Shown: one piece after another, positions 37,960 to 50,756 of the stretch
Position numbering within the stretch: the stretch's first letter is position 1
Layout: the number at the start of each line of letters is the position of its first letter
Assembly: GCA_963721015.1 (NCBI GenBank)
Contig: CAVRHM010000002.1
Coordinates: forward strand, 258,924-322,923
Length of the DNA: 64,000 nucleotides
From: an uncultured Chloroflexia bacterium
GTDB taxonomy: Bacteria; Chloroflexota; Limnocylindria; Limnocylindrales; CSP1-4
Reading direction: 5' to 3'
Program-made: the position numbers and the translations under genes
Notes under the pieces: model-generated
What the model was told of the DNA's origin: nothing
The model's input: only the letters and a program-made list of their open reading frames with translations
Database searches by the model: none

Positions 37960-38861
37960 ATGGACCTGACGACGCAGACCGAGGCGACGACGCTGCCCGC
38001 GACGTGGCCGACCTTCGAGGATCGACCCCTCGCCGACCCGACCGAGCCGGTCGTCGACCAGGGCCTCCAGTTCGACGTCGTCACCCTGTTGGGTCGCCGG
38101 CAGATGCTCAAGCTGCTCGGCCTGACCGGCGTCGCGGCCGGCATCGCGGCGTGTGCGCCGGGCGCCGGTTCGTCCGCCAGCAGCGCCGGCTCCGCGGCGG
38201 CCGCGACCGACGCCGCGTCGTGCGCCGTCATCCCCGAGGAGACGGCCGGGCCGTATCCCGGTGACGGCTCCAACGGGCCTGACATCCTCGAGCAGAGCGG
38301 GGTCGTCCGAAGCGACATCCGCTCGAGCTTCGGGACTTCGACGACGACCGCCGAGGGCGTGCCACTGACCATCCGGATGCTCATCCAGGACGCGTCGGAC
38401 GGGTGCGTGCCGTATGCCGGGGCGGCCGTCTACGCCTGGCATTGCGACGCCGAGGGCCGCTATTCGATGTACTCGCAGGGCGTCGAGAACGAGAACTACC
38501 TGCGCGGCGTCCAGGAGGCCGACGCCGATGGGGCCGTGGAGTTCACGAGCATCTTCCCGGCCTGCTACCAGGGCCGCTGGCCGCACATCCACTTCGAGGT
38601 CTACCCGAGCCTGGACCTGGCCATCGACGCGGGCAACAAGATCGCGACCTCGCAGATCGCGCTGCCGGCCGAGACGTGCCGAGGCGGTCTATGCCACGGC
38701 CGGCTACGAGTCCAGCCTGCAGACGTTCCCGCAGGTGAGCCTCGAGCCTCGGACATGGTCTTCGGCGAGGACGGCGGCGCCCAGCAGCTCGGGCACCATC
38801 GAGGGCTCCGTCGCGGACGGCCTGACGGTCACGCTGGCGGTGCCCGGTGGCCTCGGCCTGA
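37960..38861 (+). pseudogene. Tat-signal lipoprotein with intradiol ring-cleavage dioxygenase-like domain, frame breaks in the 3' third as sequenced
   Basis: Track ORF 37960: twin-arginine motif GRRQMLKLLGL, lipobox IAAC, then ETAGPYPGDG, VYAWHCDAEGRYS, GRWPHIHFEV. The continuation ([37 protein letters not shown]) is in other frames. Removing one C from the run 38843-38845 gives ...AVPVASA + TGA at 38859-38861. Confidence 0.65.
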
Positions 38862-39164
38862 TTTCCCACCGCACTCGCGTCACGCTCCGCGGTCGACCTC
38901 CGTCCCATCTGCGAACTCCTCCTCCGCGAAGAGCCTCCGGTCCTCCCCCGGGGGCTTCTTCGTGTCCGGGACGGGCGCCTGGATCCCGCACCATCGCTGC
39001 GTTGGCGCCCTGCGCGCCTCGCTCACGCACCTTGGGGTGCGCTCGCTCCGGTGCTCGGGACGCCGCCTTGCGCTGGCACCGGCTGCGGCGCCCTTGTCCG
39101 GCTCGGGCCTGGACGCCGATGGCGGCGGAGCCGATCGGCGACGGATGGCGAGTCAGCCGCCGGG

Positions 39165-42004
<2,840 letters not shown>

Positions 42005-42035
42005 CGCGTCCGACCTCGCAGGCTCGCTACACTCG

Positions 42036-43136
42036 ATGCGTGGAATCGTACCGCGCCCGCCCCCTCGCCGCGGTCGGGTCGTGAAGGCCTGGGGCCCGCT
42101 GCCAGGCGACGACCCGGAGCGCGAGCGCGCGGAGATCGAAGCCGACCTCCAGGCCGCCGGCATCGACCTGGATCCGGCGCCACCCGGCCAGCACCGCCAT
42201 GACGACCCAGCCCTGCCCGACGATCACGCCCACCCGCACCAGCACAGCCAGCCGGGTGAGCGGCCGACGACCGGGATCGTCGGTGGCGGCGCCGTCGGCT
42301 CGGCCCTCGCCCTGGCCCTGACCCGGGCCGGCTGGCCGGTCCAGGCCGTGGCCAGCCGCGACCCCGCCCGCCGGGAGCGCCTCGGCAAGCTGGTCGGCGG
42401 CGCGCGCGCCTTCGCCGAGGCCCAGGCCCTGCTGGAGGAGGTCGAGCTCATCATCGTGGCCGTCCCGGACGACGCCGTCGGGCCGTTGGCCCGCTCGGTC
42501 CGGATGTACAGCGGCCAGGCGATGGTCCATACCAGCGGGGCGCTCGGGGCGGACGCCCTCGAGCCGGCGATGGCGGCCGGTACCCAGGTCGGCGGCTTCC
42601 ATCCGCTGGTCGCGTTCGCCGACACCGAGCGCGCCGTCGAGGACCTGCGCGGGGCGACCATCGCGGTCGAGGGCGACGATCAGCTCGTCGCCCTCCTGGG
42701 TGGCTTGGCCGACGCGATCGGGGCTCACGCCGTCCGGCTGGCGCCGGGATCCAAGGCGGCCTATCACGCCGCCGCCGTGCTGGCGGCCGGCGGGGTCATC
42801 GCCCTGCTCGACGCGATCGCCACGCTCGGCCGGGTGGCCGGCCTCGATGAGGCCGGGGCGCTGGCCATCTACGGCCCGCTCATCGAGGGCACGCTGGGCA
42901 ACGCGCGGACGCTCGGCATCGCCGCCGCCCTGACCGGACCGATGACTCGCGGCGACGTCGGCACGCTGCGCGCCCATCTCGACACCCTCGCGCGCGAGGC
43001 CCCTGATGTGCTGGACCTGTACGTCGCCGCCGCCCGCCGCGAGGTCGACCTGGCCGAAGCCCGTGGCGCGCTCGCACCGGAGACGGCGACGGCCATGCGC
43101 ACGAGCCTTGACGGGGCGCTTGCGCCGCGCACTTGA
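42036..43136 (+). CDS. Rossmann-fold protein of the DUF2520 / ketopantoate-reductase-like type; true start probably internal
   Basis: Track ORF 42036..43136. The recognisable protein begins at [18 protein letters not shown] (about nt 42265). The preceding ~75 codons are P/D/H/R-rich and would leave only 31 nt to the divergent acnA start. Confidence 0.55.
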   Translation: MRGIVPRPPPRRGRVVKAWGPLPGDDPERERAEIEADLQAAGIDLDPAPPGQHRHDDPALPDDHAHPHQHSQPGERPTTGIVGGGAVGSALALALTRAGWPVQAVASRDPARRERLGKLVGGARAFAEAQALLEEVELIIVAVPDDAVGPLARSVRMYSGQAMVHTSGALGADALEPAMAAGTQVGGFHPLVAFADTERAVEDLRGATIAVEGDDQLVALLGGLADAIGAHAVRLAPGSKAAYHAAAVLAAGGVIALLDAIATLGRVAGLDEAGALAIYGPLIEGTLGNARTLGIAAALTGPMTRGDVGTLRAHLDTLAREAPDVLDLYVAAARREVDLAEARGALAPETATAMRTSLDGALAPRT

Positions 43137-43370
43137 CGCGGTACCATTGCCGCCCATGGGACACAGCATCGCCGCCAAGTACGCGGCTCGGCCGGCGGCG
43201 CGATTCGTGCGTCCGTCCAGCCGTGCCCGCGAGCGTCGCCTCGGACTGGGCGCGATCGCGTCCTTTGCGCCGGCGAGCCGGCGGATGACGGAGCTCCGCG
43301 GGACGCGCGCCCCCGCGGCCACCCGACCGACCGTCCGTGATGGACGGCTTCGCCCTGCGGTCCGCATCCG

Positions 43371-43883
43371 GTGGGCAGGCTCCGGACGTCCCGCGTCGAG
43401 TCGGCGACACAGCGCCGCACCGGCGCCGTGGCGCGCCTGAGGACCACCACCGCCACGTCCGCCGGCGGCATCGTCGTCCGCCTGGACGCTGGACGACCCC
43501 AACTCGTCATCGGCAGTCGCCGCCGCGATCGCGACGGACGGACCTGGACCCTGCCCAAGGGCACGCCCGATCCCGGCGAGACGACCGAGGAGACCGCCCT
43601 GCGCGAAGTCGCCGAGGAGACCGGCCTGCAGGTCCGGATCACGGGCCCGCTGGACTCCATCGAGTACTGGTTCGTCCAGTCCGGGACGCGCATCCACAAG
43701 ACGGTCCACTATTTCCTCATGGAGCCCATTGGCGGTGACCTCGCCCGCCACGACCGCGAGTTCGACGAGGTCCGCTGGATCGATTTCGCCGACGCCCCGA
43801 CCACGCTGACCTTCGAGACGGAGCGCGCCCTGGTGGCCCACGCCGCCGAGGTGCTGGCCGCGCGCGCCGAGACCGCCTCGTGA
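43371..43883 (+). CDS. NUDIX hydrolase
   Basis: Track ORF 43371..43883. Nudix box GTPDPGETTEETALREVAEETGL. Its stop overlaps the gcvT GTG (GTGA). The exact start is uncertain. Confidence 0.8.
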   Translation: MGRLRTSRVESATQRRTGAVARLRTTTATSAGGIVVRLDAGRPQLVIGSRRRDRDGRTWTLPKGTPDPGETTEETALREVAEETGLQVRITGPLDSIEYWFVQSGTRIHKTVHYFLMEPIGGDLARHDREFDEVRWIDFADAPTTLTFETERALVAHAAEVLAARAETAS

Positions 43884-45007
43884 CGGGCCCCGCGCCCGCC
43901 GACCTCCTCGACGGCCCGCACGAGACCCCGCTCGCGTCCCGCCACACCGCGCTGGGCGCCCGGATGATCGACTTCGCCGGCTGGCTCATGCCCGTCCAGT
44001 ACGGCTCGATCCTCGAGGAGCACAAGGCCGTCCGCGAGCGGGTCGGCCTGTTCGACCTGTCGCACATGGGCGAGCTCTGGGTGGAGGGCCCGGACGCCGC
44101 CTCATCGCTCGCTCGGGCGGTCGTGAGCGACCCGGCCAAACTCGCCGTCGGCCGTGCGCACTACTCGATGATCTGTGCCCCCGACGGCGGCGTCATCGAC
44201 GACCTGATCATCTACCGGCTCGACCAGGACCGTTTCATGGTCGTGGCCAATGCCAGCAACGCCGGCGTCGTGTCCGACGCCCTGGCCGAGCGACTCGACG
44301 GGACCCGCGCCGTCCTGGACGACCATTCGCTGGCGACGGGCCTCGTCGCCGTCCAGGGGCCGCGCTCGGTGGACGTGCTGCGGCCGCTGACCGACGTCGA
44401 CCTCGATGGGCTGCGCTACTACGCCATCGCCGACGGGAACGTGGCCGGCATCCCGGCCCAGGTCGCCCGGACCGGCTACACCGGCGAGGACGGGTTCGAA
44501 GTCTTCGTCGACACCCGGCGGACCGGCGAGCTGTGGGACGTCCTCCTCGACGCGATCCGCGGGGCCGAAGGCCTGCCCGTCGGTCTGGGCGCCCGGGACA
44601 CGCTCCGCCTGGAGGCCGGCATGCCCCTCTACGGCAACGAGCTCGACCGGACGACGACGCCGTTCGACGCCGGTCTGGGCCGGGTCGTCAAGCTCGACAA
44701 GCCGGAGGAGTTCGTCGGTCGGACGGCCCTGGAGAAGGTCGCGACCGAGGGTCCCAGACGCCGGCTCGTCGGCCTCAACGTCGAGGGTCGGGGGATCGCC
44801 CGCCACGGCTACCCGGTCCACGTCGGCGAGCGCCGGGCCGGGGTCGTGACCAGCGGGACGCTGTCGCCCACGCTCGGCGTGCCGATCGCGATGGCCTACG
44901 TCGCACCGGACGACGCCGAACCGGGCACCATGGTCGACATCGAGATCCGCGACGCCCGCGTCCCGGCGCGCGTCGTGCCGTTGCCGTTCTACCGAAGGAG
45001 CAGCTGA
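43880..45007 (+). CDS. gcvT: Glycine cleavage system aminomethyltransferase (T protein)
   Basis: Track ORF 43880..45007, intact. FAGWLMPVQYGSILEEH, GLFDLSHMGEL, ARTGYTGEDGFE. Confidence 0.92.
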   Translation: MTGPAPADLLDGPHETPLASRHTALGARMIDFAGWLMPVQYGSILEEHKAVRERVGLFDLSHMGELWVEGPDAASSLARAVVSDPAKLAVGRAHYSMICAPDGGVIDDLIIYRLDQDRFMVVANASNAGVVSDALAERLDGTRAVLDDHSLATGLVAVQGPRSVDVLRPLTDVDLDGLRYYAIADGNVAGIPAQVARTGYTGEDGFEVFVDTRRTGELWDVLLDAIRGAEGLPVGLGARDTLRLEAGMPLYGNELDRTTTPFDAGLGRVVKLDKPEEFVGRTALEKVATEGPRRRLVGLNVEGRGIARHGYPVHVGERRAGVVTSGTLSPTLGVPIAMAYVAPDDAEPGTMVDIEIRDARVPARVVPLPFYRRSS

Positions 45008-45008
45008 C

Positions 45009-45392
45009 GTGAGCGTGCCGACCGACCTGCGTTACACCCAGGATCACGAGTGGGTCCGCCTGGACGGCGACGAGGCCACCGTCGGGATCACCCAGTACGC
45101 GGCCGACCAGCTCGGCGACATCGTGTTCGTCGAGCTGCCCGAGGCGGGTCGGACGCTCATGGCGGCCAAACCCTTCGGGGTCGTCGAGTCGGTCAAGGCC
45201 GTCAGTGACCTGTTCGCTCCGGTCGACGGCGAGGTCATGACGGCCAACGAGGCCCTGGGCGGCAGCCCCGAGCTGGTCAACAGCGACCCATATGGGCAGG
45301 GCTGGATGATCCGGGTCAAGGTCGCCGACCCGGACGAGGTCGACGACCTGCTCGATGCGGACGCCTACGACGCCATCGTGGCCGCCGGCTGA
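45009..45392 (+). CDS. gcvH: Glycine cleavage system H protein (lipoyl carrier)
   Basis: Track ORF 45009..45392. YTQDHEWV and the lipoyl-lysine motif VESVKAVSD. Confidence 0.92.
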   Translation: MSVPTDLRYTQDHEWVRLDGDEATVGITQYAADQLGDIVFVELPEAGRTLMAAKPFGVVESVKAVSDLFAPVDGEVMTANEALGGSPELVNSDPYGQGWMIRVKVADPDEVDDLLDADAYDAIVAAG

Positions 45393-45406
45393 GCCGACGA
45401 CCCACG

Positions 45407-46822
45407 ATGCCGTACGGACCGCATACCGACGACGATCGCGGCCGGATGCTGGCGGCGCTCGGCCTGACCAGCGTCGACGAGCTGTTCGCCGACATCCCCG
45501 AAGCGCTGCGCGCCTCGCCCCTGGACCTGCCACCCCCGGAACCCGAGCTCGAGCTGGCGGCACGCCTCCGTGGCCTGGCCGCCCGCAACCGGACCGACCT
45601 CGTGTCGTTCCTCGGTGCCGGCGTCTACCGCCACTGGAGCCCGCCGGCCGTGGACCAGCTGCTCCTGCGCGGCGAGTGGTACACGGCCTACACGCCGTAC
45701 CAGCCTGAGGTCAGCCAAGGGACCCTCCAGTCGATCTACGAGTACGAGTCGCTCCTGGCCGAGCTGGTCGACCTCGACGTCGTGTCGGCCTCGCATTACG
45801 ACGGCGCCGCGGCGACGGCCGAGGCCGCCCTCATGACCTGCCGGGCGACCCGGCGCGAGCGGGTCCTCATCAGCCGCGGCGTCCATCCCCACTACCGGGC
45901 GACCGTCGCGACGTACTTCGGCGGCGGCCTGGAGCTCGACGAGATCCCGCTCGTCGCCGAGGGCGAGGCGGCCGGCACCACGGATCTGGCGGCCCTGGCG
46001 TCGATGCTCGCCGACCCCGACCGGCCCGTGGCCGGGGTCATCGCCGCGAACCCGGACGTCCTCGGGCTCCTGGAGCCGATGCCGCGGATCGCTGAGCTCG
46101 CCCACGCCGCCGGTGCCCTGTTCGTGGCCGTCGTCGAGCCGGTCTCGCTGGCCGTCCTAGCGCCGCCCGGTGCCTACGGGGCGGACATCGCCGCCGGCGA
46201 AGGCCAGCCGTTGGGCATCGCCCCGCAGTACGGCGGCCCGTACCTCGGGATCCTCGCCTCGACCGAGGCGCTCGTCCGCCAGATCCCCGGCCGCCTGGTG
46301 GGGATGACCACGGATCTCGACGGTCAGCGCGCGTTCGTCATGACCCTGCGGGCGCGCGAGCAGGACATCCGCCGGGACAAGGCGGCCAGCAACATCTGCA
46401 CGAACCAGGCGCTCCTGGCCCTGGCCGCCTCCATCTATCTGGCCACGATCGGGCCGCACGGCCTGCGCGACGTGGCCGCCCTGGGCGCCGCCCGGGCCAC
46501 CGAGCTGGAGGCCGCCCTGGCCGCCATCGGCGTGCCGCGTCTCCACCCCGGTCCCTACCTCAACGAGTTCGTCGTCGGGGTCCCGGGCGCCCGCGCGGTC
46601 CACCGCCGCCTCCTGGAGCGCGGCTTCCTGGCCGGCCTCGCCCTGGCCGACGCCGAACCTGACGATCCGTCGCTGGCCGACGGCCTGCTCCTGTGCGCGA
46701 CAGAGGTCACCACGAGCGACGAGATCGCCCGTTTCGCGGCCGCCATGGCCGAGGTCCTGGGCGAGCACGACATGGGCGACGCCCCAGGCGTCGCGGCCAC
46801 CCCGGCTGGAGCGGCGCGATGA
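45407..46822 (+). CDS. gcvPA: Glycine dehydrogenase (aminomethyl-transferring) subunit 1
   Basis: Track ORF 45407..46822, intact. Typical split P-protein alpha subunit (YTPYQPEVSQGTLQ, SNICTNQAL). Confidence 0.9.
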   Translation: MPYGPHTDDDRGRMLAALGLTSVDELFADIPEALRASPLDLPPPEPELELAARLRGLAARNRTDLVSFLGAGVYRHWSPPAVDQLLLRGEWYTAYTPYQPEVSQGTLQSIYEYESLLAELVDLDVVSASHYDGAAATAEAALMTCRATRRERVLISRGVHPHYRATVATYFGGGLELDEIPLVAEGEAAGTTDLAALASMLADPDRPVAGVIAANPDVLGLLEPMPRIAELAHAAGALFVAVVEPVSLAVLAPPGAYGADIAAGEGQPLGIAPQYGGPYLGILASTEALVRQIPGRLVGMTTDLDGQRAFVMTLRAREQDIRRDKAASNICTNQALLALAASIYLATIGPHGLRDVAALGAARATELEAALAAIGVPRLHPGPYLNEFVVGVPGARAVHRRLLERGFLAGLALADAEPDDPSLADGLLLCATEVTTSDEIARFAAAMAEVLGEHDMGDAPGVAATPAGAAR

Positions 46823-48318
46823 GCGTCACCGGTCCGCGCCTCCAGCCGACGATCTTCGAGCGCAGCCGGCCCGGACGGGGCGGCGGCAAGATCCCGCATC
46901 CACCCGCCGATGCCCTTGATCGCCTGCCGCCCGAGGCCCGTCGGGCGACCCCGCCGGCCCTGCCGGAGATGAACGAGCCGGACGTCGTCCGGCACTACGT
47001 CAACCTGTCGCAGCTGAACTTCGCGGTCGATACCGGGTTCTATCCCCTCGGCTCGTGCACGATGAAGTTCAACCCCAAGCTCAATGAGTGGGCGGCCCGC
47101 CTGCGCGGCTTCGCCGAGCTCCACCCGATGGCGCCCGATGCGGCCGCCCAGGGCACGCTCCAGTTGCTCTGGGAGCTCGAGGGGGCGCTGGCCGAGATCT
47201 CGGGCATGCGGGCCGTGACCCTCCAGCCCGCGGCCGGTGCCCAGGGCGAGCTGACCGGCATCCTCATGATCCGGGCCTACCACCGCGAGCGCGGCGACAT
47301 CGGCCGGACCGAGGTCCTCGTGCCCGACTCCAGTCACGGCACGAATCCGGCGACGGCCTCGATGGCCGGCTACACGACGATCACGATCCCCTCGGCGGCC
47401 GACGGGGGCGTCGACGTCGATGCGTTCCAGGCCGCCCTCGGGCCGCGGACCGCGGCGGTCATGATCACCAACCCCTCGACGCTGGGCCTGTTCGAGGCGC
47501 GCATCGGGGAGCTGCTCGACGCGGTCCACGAGGCCGGTGCCCTGGCCTACATGGACGGCGCCAACCTCAACGCCATCCTGGGCCGGTTCAAGCCCGGTGA
47601 GGCCGGCTTCGACGTCATGCACTTCAACGTCCACAAGACGTTCAGCACACCACATGGCGGGGGTGGCCCGGGCGCCGGCCCGGTCGGGGTGGGGGAGCGC
47701 CTGCTGCCGTACCTGCCCACGCCCCGGGTCCTGCGCACGGACGAGGGGACGTACCGCCTGGAGACCGCCGACGAGCGACCGACGTCGATCGGCCGGATGC
47801 GCAGCTTCGTCGGCAACACCGGCGTGCTGGTCCGCGCCTACGCCTACATCCGGGCGCACGGGGCGAGTGGCCTGCGCGAAGTGTCAGACGATGCGGTCCT
47901 GGCCGCCAACTACCTCAAGCACCGGCTGGCCGGGACGTTCGACATCCCGTACGACCGTGCCTGCAAGCACGAATTCGTCGCCTCGGCGTCGTCGCTCAAG
48001 GCGTCGACCGGGGTCCGGACCCTGGACATCGCCAAGCGCCTCATCGACTTCGGCTATCACCCGCCGACCATCTACTTCCCGCTCATCGTCGACGAGGGCA
48101 TGCTCATCGAGCCGACCGAGACCGAGGCCCTCGAGACGCTCGACGGCTTCGCCGAGGCGCTCATCGCCATCGCCGCCGAGGCCCGGACCGATCCCGATAC
48201 GGTCCGCGGCGCACCCCATACGGCGCCGGTCAAGCGCCTGGACGAGGCGACGGCCGCCCGCCAGCCCAACCTGCGCTGGCGGCCGATGGCCGGCGCCGAG
48301 ACGCCCTGCCCGGACTGA
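46819..48318 (+). CDS. gcvPB: Glycine dehydrogenase (aminomethyl-transferring) subunit 2
   Basis: ATG 46819 (ATGA overlap with the gcvPA stop) inside track ORF 46693..48318. PLGSCTMKFNP and the PLP-lysine region HFNVHKTFSTPHGGGGPG. Confidence 0.9.
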   Translation: MSVTGPRLQPTIFERSRPGRGGGKIPHPPADALDRLPPEARRATPPALPEMNEPDVVRHYVNLSQLNFAVDTGFYPLGSCTMKFNPKLNEWAARLRGFAELHPMAPDAAAQGTLQLLWELEGALAEISGMRAVTLQPAAGAQGELTGILMIRAYHRERGDIGRTEVLVPDSSHGTNPATASMAGYTTITIPSAADGGVDVDAFQAALGPRTAAVMITNPSTLGLFEARIGELLDAVHEAGALAYMDGANLNAILGRFKPGEAGFDVMHFNVHKTFSTPHGGGGPGAGPVGVGERLLPYLPTPRVLRTDEGTYRLETADERPTSIGRMRSFVGNTGVLVRAYAYIRAHGASGLREVSDDAVLAANYLKHRLAGTFDIPYDRACKHEFVASASSLKASTGVRTLDIAKRLIDFGYHPPTIYFPLIVDEGMLIEPTETEALETLDGFAEALIAIAAEARTDPDTVRGAPHTAPVKRLDEATAARQPNLRWRPMAGAETPCPD

Positions 48319-48386
48319 ATCGAGCGCGCGGCAGCCGTACAGGCCCGCCAAGAATCGACCCGACCGAACGATCGTTAGGTTCGTGG

Positions 48387-48415
48387 TTGACAGCCCATGA
48401 GGGGCTGTGGATAGT
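48387..48415 (+). promoter_or_regulatory. Candidate sigma-70-type promoter for the first peptide ABC operon
   Basis: TTGACA (48387-48392), a 17-nt spacer, then GATAGT (48410-48415), about 170 nt upstream of the ATG at 48585. The -10 element is a weak match. Confidence 0.3.
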
Positions 48416-48584
48416 ACGCGCAGCGCACCGTCCGAACCGTGCTGCCGCGTGCGCTCGCCCCTGGAACGCGTCGAGTTGGGAGGCTCGACCCCGATCCCGA
48501 GCGAGCGACCCCGGCGTTCGAGAGCACGATCCCGGGACGGAGCAGCGGGAGACACCGGGTAGCTACCCGTTCGGAGGACAGTTG

Positions 48585-50594
48585 ATGCAGAAACGACTCT
48601 TCGGCATCCTGACCACCGCAGCCATCATCGTGGCTGCGTGTGGCGGTGCCACTACTACGACGGCCCCGTCGGGCGACGCGTCCGCCGCGCCGCCGGCCTC
48701 GGTCGCGCCGTCGGCCGCCGCCGCTGAGCAGACGCTCACGATGGTCATGGACGGCGACGTCTCGGGCGGCCTGTCGAACGCGTCGGACAACGTGCCGACC
48801 GGCGAGGCGCAGCAGTTCCTATACGACCAGCTGTACGTCTACGACGAGGGCCTGGTCCCCGTCCCGAATCTCACCACCGATCTCGCGACGATCTCCGAGG
48901 ACGGCCTGACCTGGACGGTCGATCTCGTTCCGGGCGTCAAGTTCCACGACGGCACCGACCTCACGGCCGAGGACGTCGTCCAGAGCTATCAGATCGCCCA
49001 GAGCACGAACTGCCGCTACAACCCGTCGCTCTGCCTGAGCGCCTTCCTCGAAGAGGTCGTGGCAGTCGACGACGACACCGTGGCGTTCACCCTCACCCAG
49101 AAGCTGTCGACGTTCGCCAACAACTATCTGGCGCTCATCAACATCGAGAGCAAGGACGCGATCGACAAGTCGTATGCCACGTATCTCGAAGGCACCCAGG
49201 CCGTGACCGCCGAGGAGACCAAGGGTCTGCTCGACCGCGTCGCTGCCGAGGAAGCCGCTCCCACCGGCCCGGCCGGTGACGACGGCGCCGCCACCGTCAA
49301 CTACCCGCAGTTCCTGGCGGAGACCGAGGCCCTCATCACGAAGGCCGGCCAGACCCTCCCGGACAAGGCGATCTACACCGTCGAAGGCGTCCTCGACGAG
49401 AGCGGCTACGTCCAGGCCATGGTCAACCAGGTCAAGGCCATCGACGCGACCTTCTCGGCGCCGGCCATCGACGCGCTCGCCGCTGCCTACCCGTACCTCG
49501 ACTTCCAGACGGCTCCGGTCGGTTCCGGCCCGTTCAAGTTCGTCGAGTTCAAGCCGGGTGAGAGCATCGAGTACGAGGCCAACGAGGAGTACTTCAAGGG
49601 CGCTCCGGCCATCAAGCGGCTGTTCATCCCGATCATCAAGGATGACATCGCTGGTGGGCAGGCCCTGGCCGCCGGCCAGGTCGACTGGAAGTACTCGCTG
49701 ACCGGGCCGACCTATGAGGAGATCAAGGACGACCCCAACCTGAAGTTCGTGGAGTACCCGGACTTCGGCTTCTTCTCCCTGTACTTCAACAACCGCGAGG
49801 GCTCGCTCTTCGCGGACAAGGAGCTCCGGCAGGCGGTCTCGTACTGCTTCGACAAGCCGGGGACCGCCGAGGCGGCCACGAACGGCCAGGGTGTCGCGAT
49901 CTACAGCGAGATCCCGCCGGCCTCGTGGGCGTATCCGACCTCGGGCCTCAACACCTACGAGAAGGACCCGGCCAAGTCCAAGGCGCTCATCGAGGGCCTC
50001 GGCTGGACGCTGGGCGAGGATGGCATCTACGAGAAGGACGGCCAGAAGCTGTCCACGGTCGTGGCCGTGCGCGCTGAGCGCCCGGACCGCAGCAAGTGGA
50101 TGCAGCTCGTCGGCGACCAGGTTCGCGAGTGCGGTATCGATATCCAGTACAAGGAGATCGATTTCGCGGCGATCCTGAACATGCTCAACGTGTACCCGCA
50201 CATCAACGCGGCCGCGCCGGAGTCCGGCAAGCCGTTCGATGCCTACTTCGGTGGCTTCAGCTCGACGTACGACCCGGATCCGTTCGCGCTGTACCACTCG
50301 AGCCAGTGCACGACCGAAGAGCAGCCGACGCTGTACAACTACGAGTGCTATCAGAACCCCGCCGTCGACAAGCTGATCGAGGACGGGCTGGTCGAGTTCG
50401 ACCAGGCGGCTCGCGCCGCGATCTACCAGGAGTACGCCGTGCTCCAGGCTGAGGACCTCCCGGTCATCTATGCCTGGGCCGACATCGCCCGCGAGGGCCT
50501 GCGCGCGACGGTCGACACGACCGCCGAGGGCGGACTCCAGATGGACACTCCGCAGTGGTGCCGCCAGCAAGAGAAGCTGACGAACATCAAGTAG
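48585..50594 (+). CDS. ABC transporter substrate-binding lipoprotein, family 5 (peptide/nickel/opine type), operon 1
   Basis: RBS GGAGGA with ATG 48585 inside track ORF 48387..50594. Lipoprotein signal LTTAAIIVAAC. 669 aa, intact. Confidence 0.85.
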   Translation: MQKRLFGILTTAAIIVAACGGATTTTAPSGDASAAPPASVAPSAAAAEQTLTMVMDGDVSGGLSNASDNVPTGEAQQFLYDQLYVYDEGLVPVPNLTTDLATISEDGLTWTVDLVPGVKFHDGTDLTAEDVVQSYQIAQSTNCRYNPSLCLSAFLEEVVAVDDDTVAFTLTQKLSTFANNYLALINIESKDAIDKSYATYLEGTQAVTAEETKGLLDRVAAEEAAPTGPAGDDGAATVNYPQFLAETEALITKAGQTLPDKAIYTVEGVLDESGYVQAMVNQVKAIDATFSAPAIDALAAAYPYLDFQTAPVGSGPFKFVEFKPGESIEYEANEEYFKGAPAIKRLFIPIIKDDIAGGQALAAGQVDWKYSLTGPTYEEIKDDPNLKFVEYPDFGFFSLYFNNREGSLFADKELRQAVSYCFDKPGTAEAATNGQGVAIYSEIPPASWAYPTSGLNTYEKDPAKSKALIEGLGWTLGEDGIYEKDGQKLSTVVAVRAERPDRSKWMQLVGDQVRECGIDIQYKEIDFAAILNMLNVYPHINAAAPESGKPFDAYFGGFSSTYDPDPFALYHSSQCTTEEQPTLYNYECYQNPAVDKLIEDGLVEFDQAARAAIYQEYAVLQAEDLPVIYAWADIAREGLRATVDTTAEGGLQMDTPQWCRQQEKLTNIK

Positions 50595-50683
50595 CCAACG
50601 GCTACGGAACCGTTCGTCGATGCCTCGCGTCAAGGTTCGGATGGTCATGAGGACCGGCTCGAACCCCTGACGACGTAGCGAAT

Positions 50684-50715
50684 GGCTGATGGCGCCCTCC
50701 GGGGCGCCATCAGCC
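50684..50715 (+). terminator. 14-bp perfect stem-loop between binding-protein and permease genes (attenuator/processing hairpin)
   Basis: GGCTGATGGCGCCC-TCCG-GGGCGCCATCAGCC, inside the 162-nt gap between the SBP and the first permease. No U-tract. Confidence 0.45.
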
Positions 50716-50756
50716 GTATCATCCACCGGTAATCGAGCCAGCAGCGAGCGAGAGCC

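Noticed and set aside
43137-43370. Glycine riboswitch upstream of the gcv operon.
   Set aside because: The conserved aptamer core sequences were not found by eye on either strand. This needs a covariance-model search before it can be either claimed or excluded.
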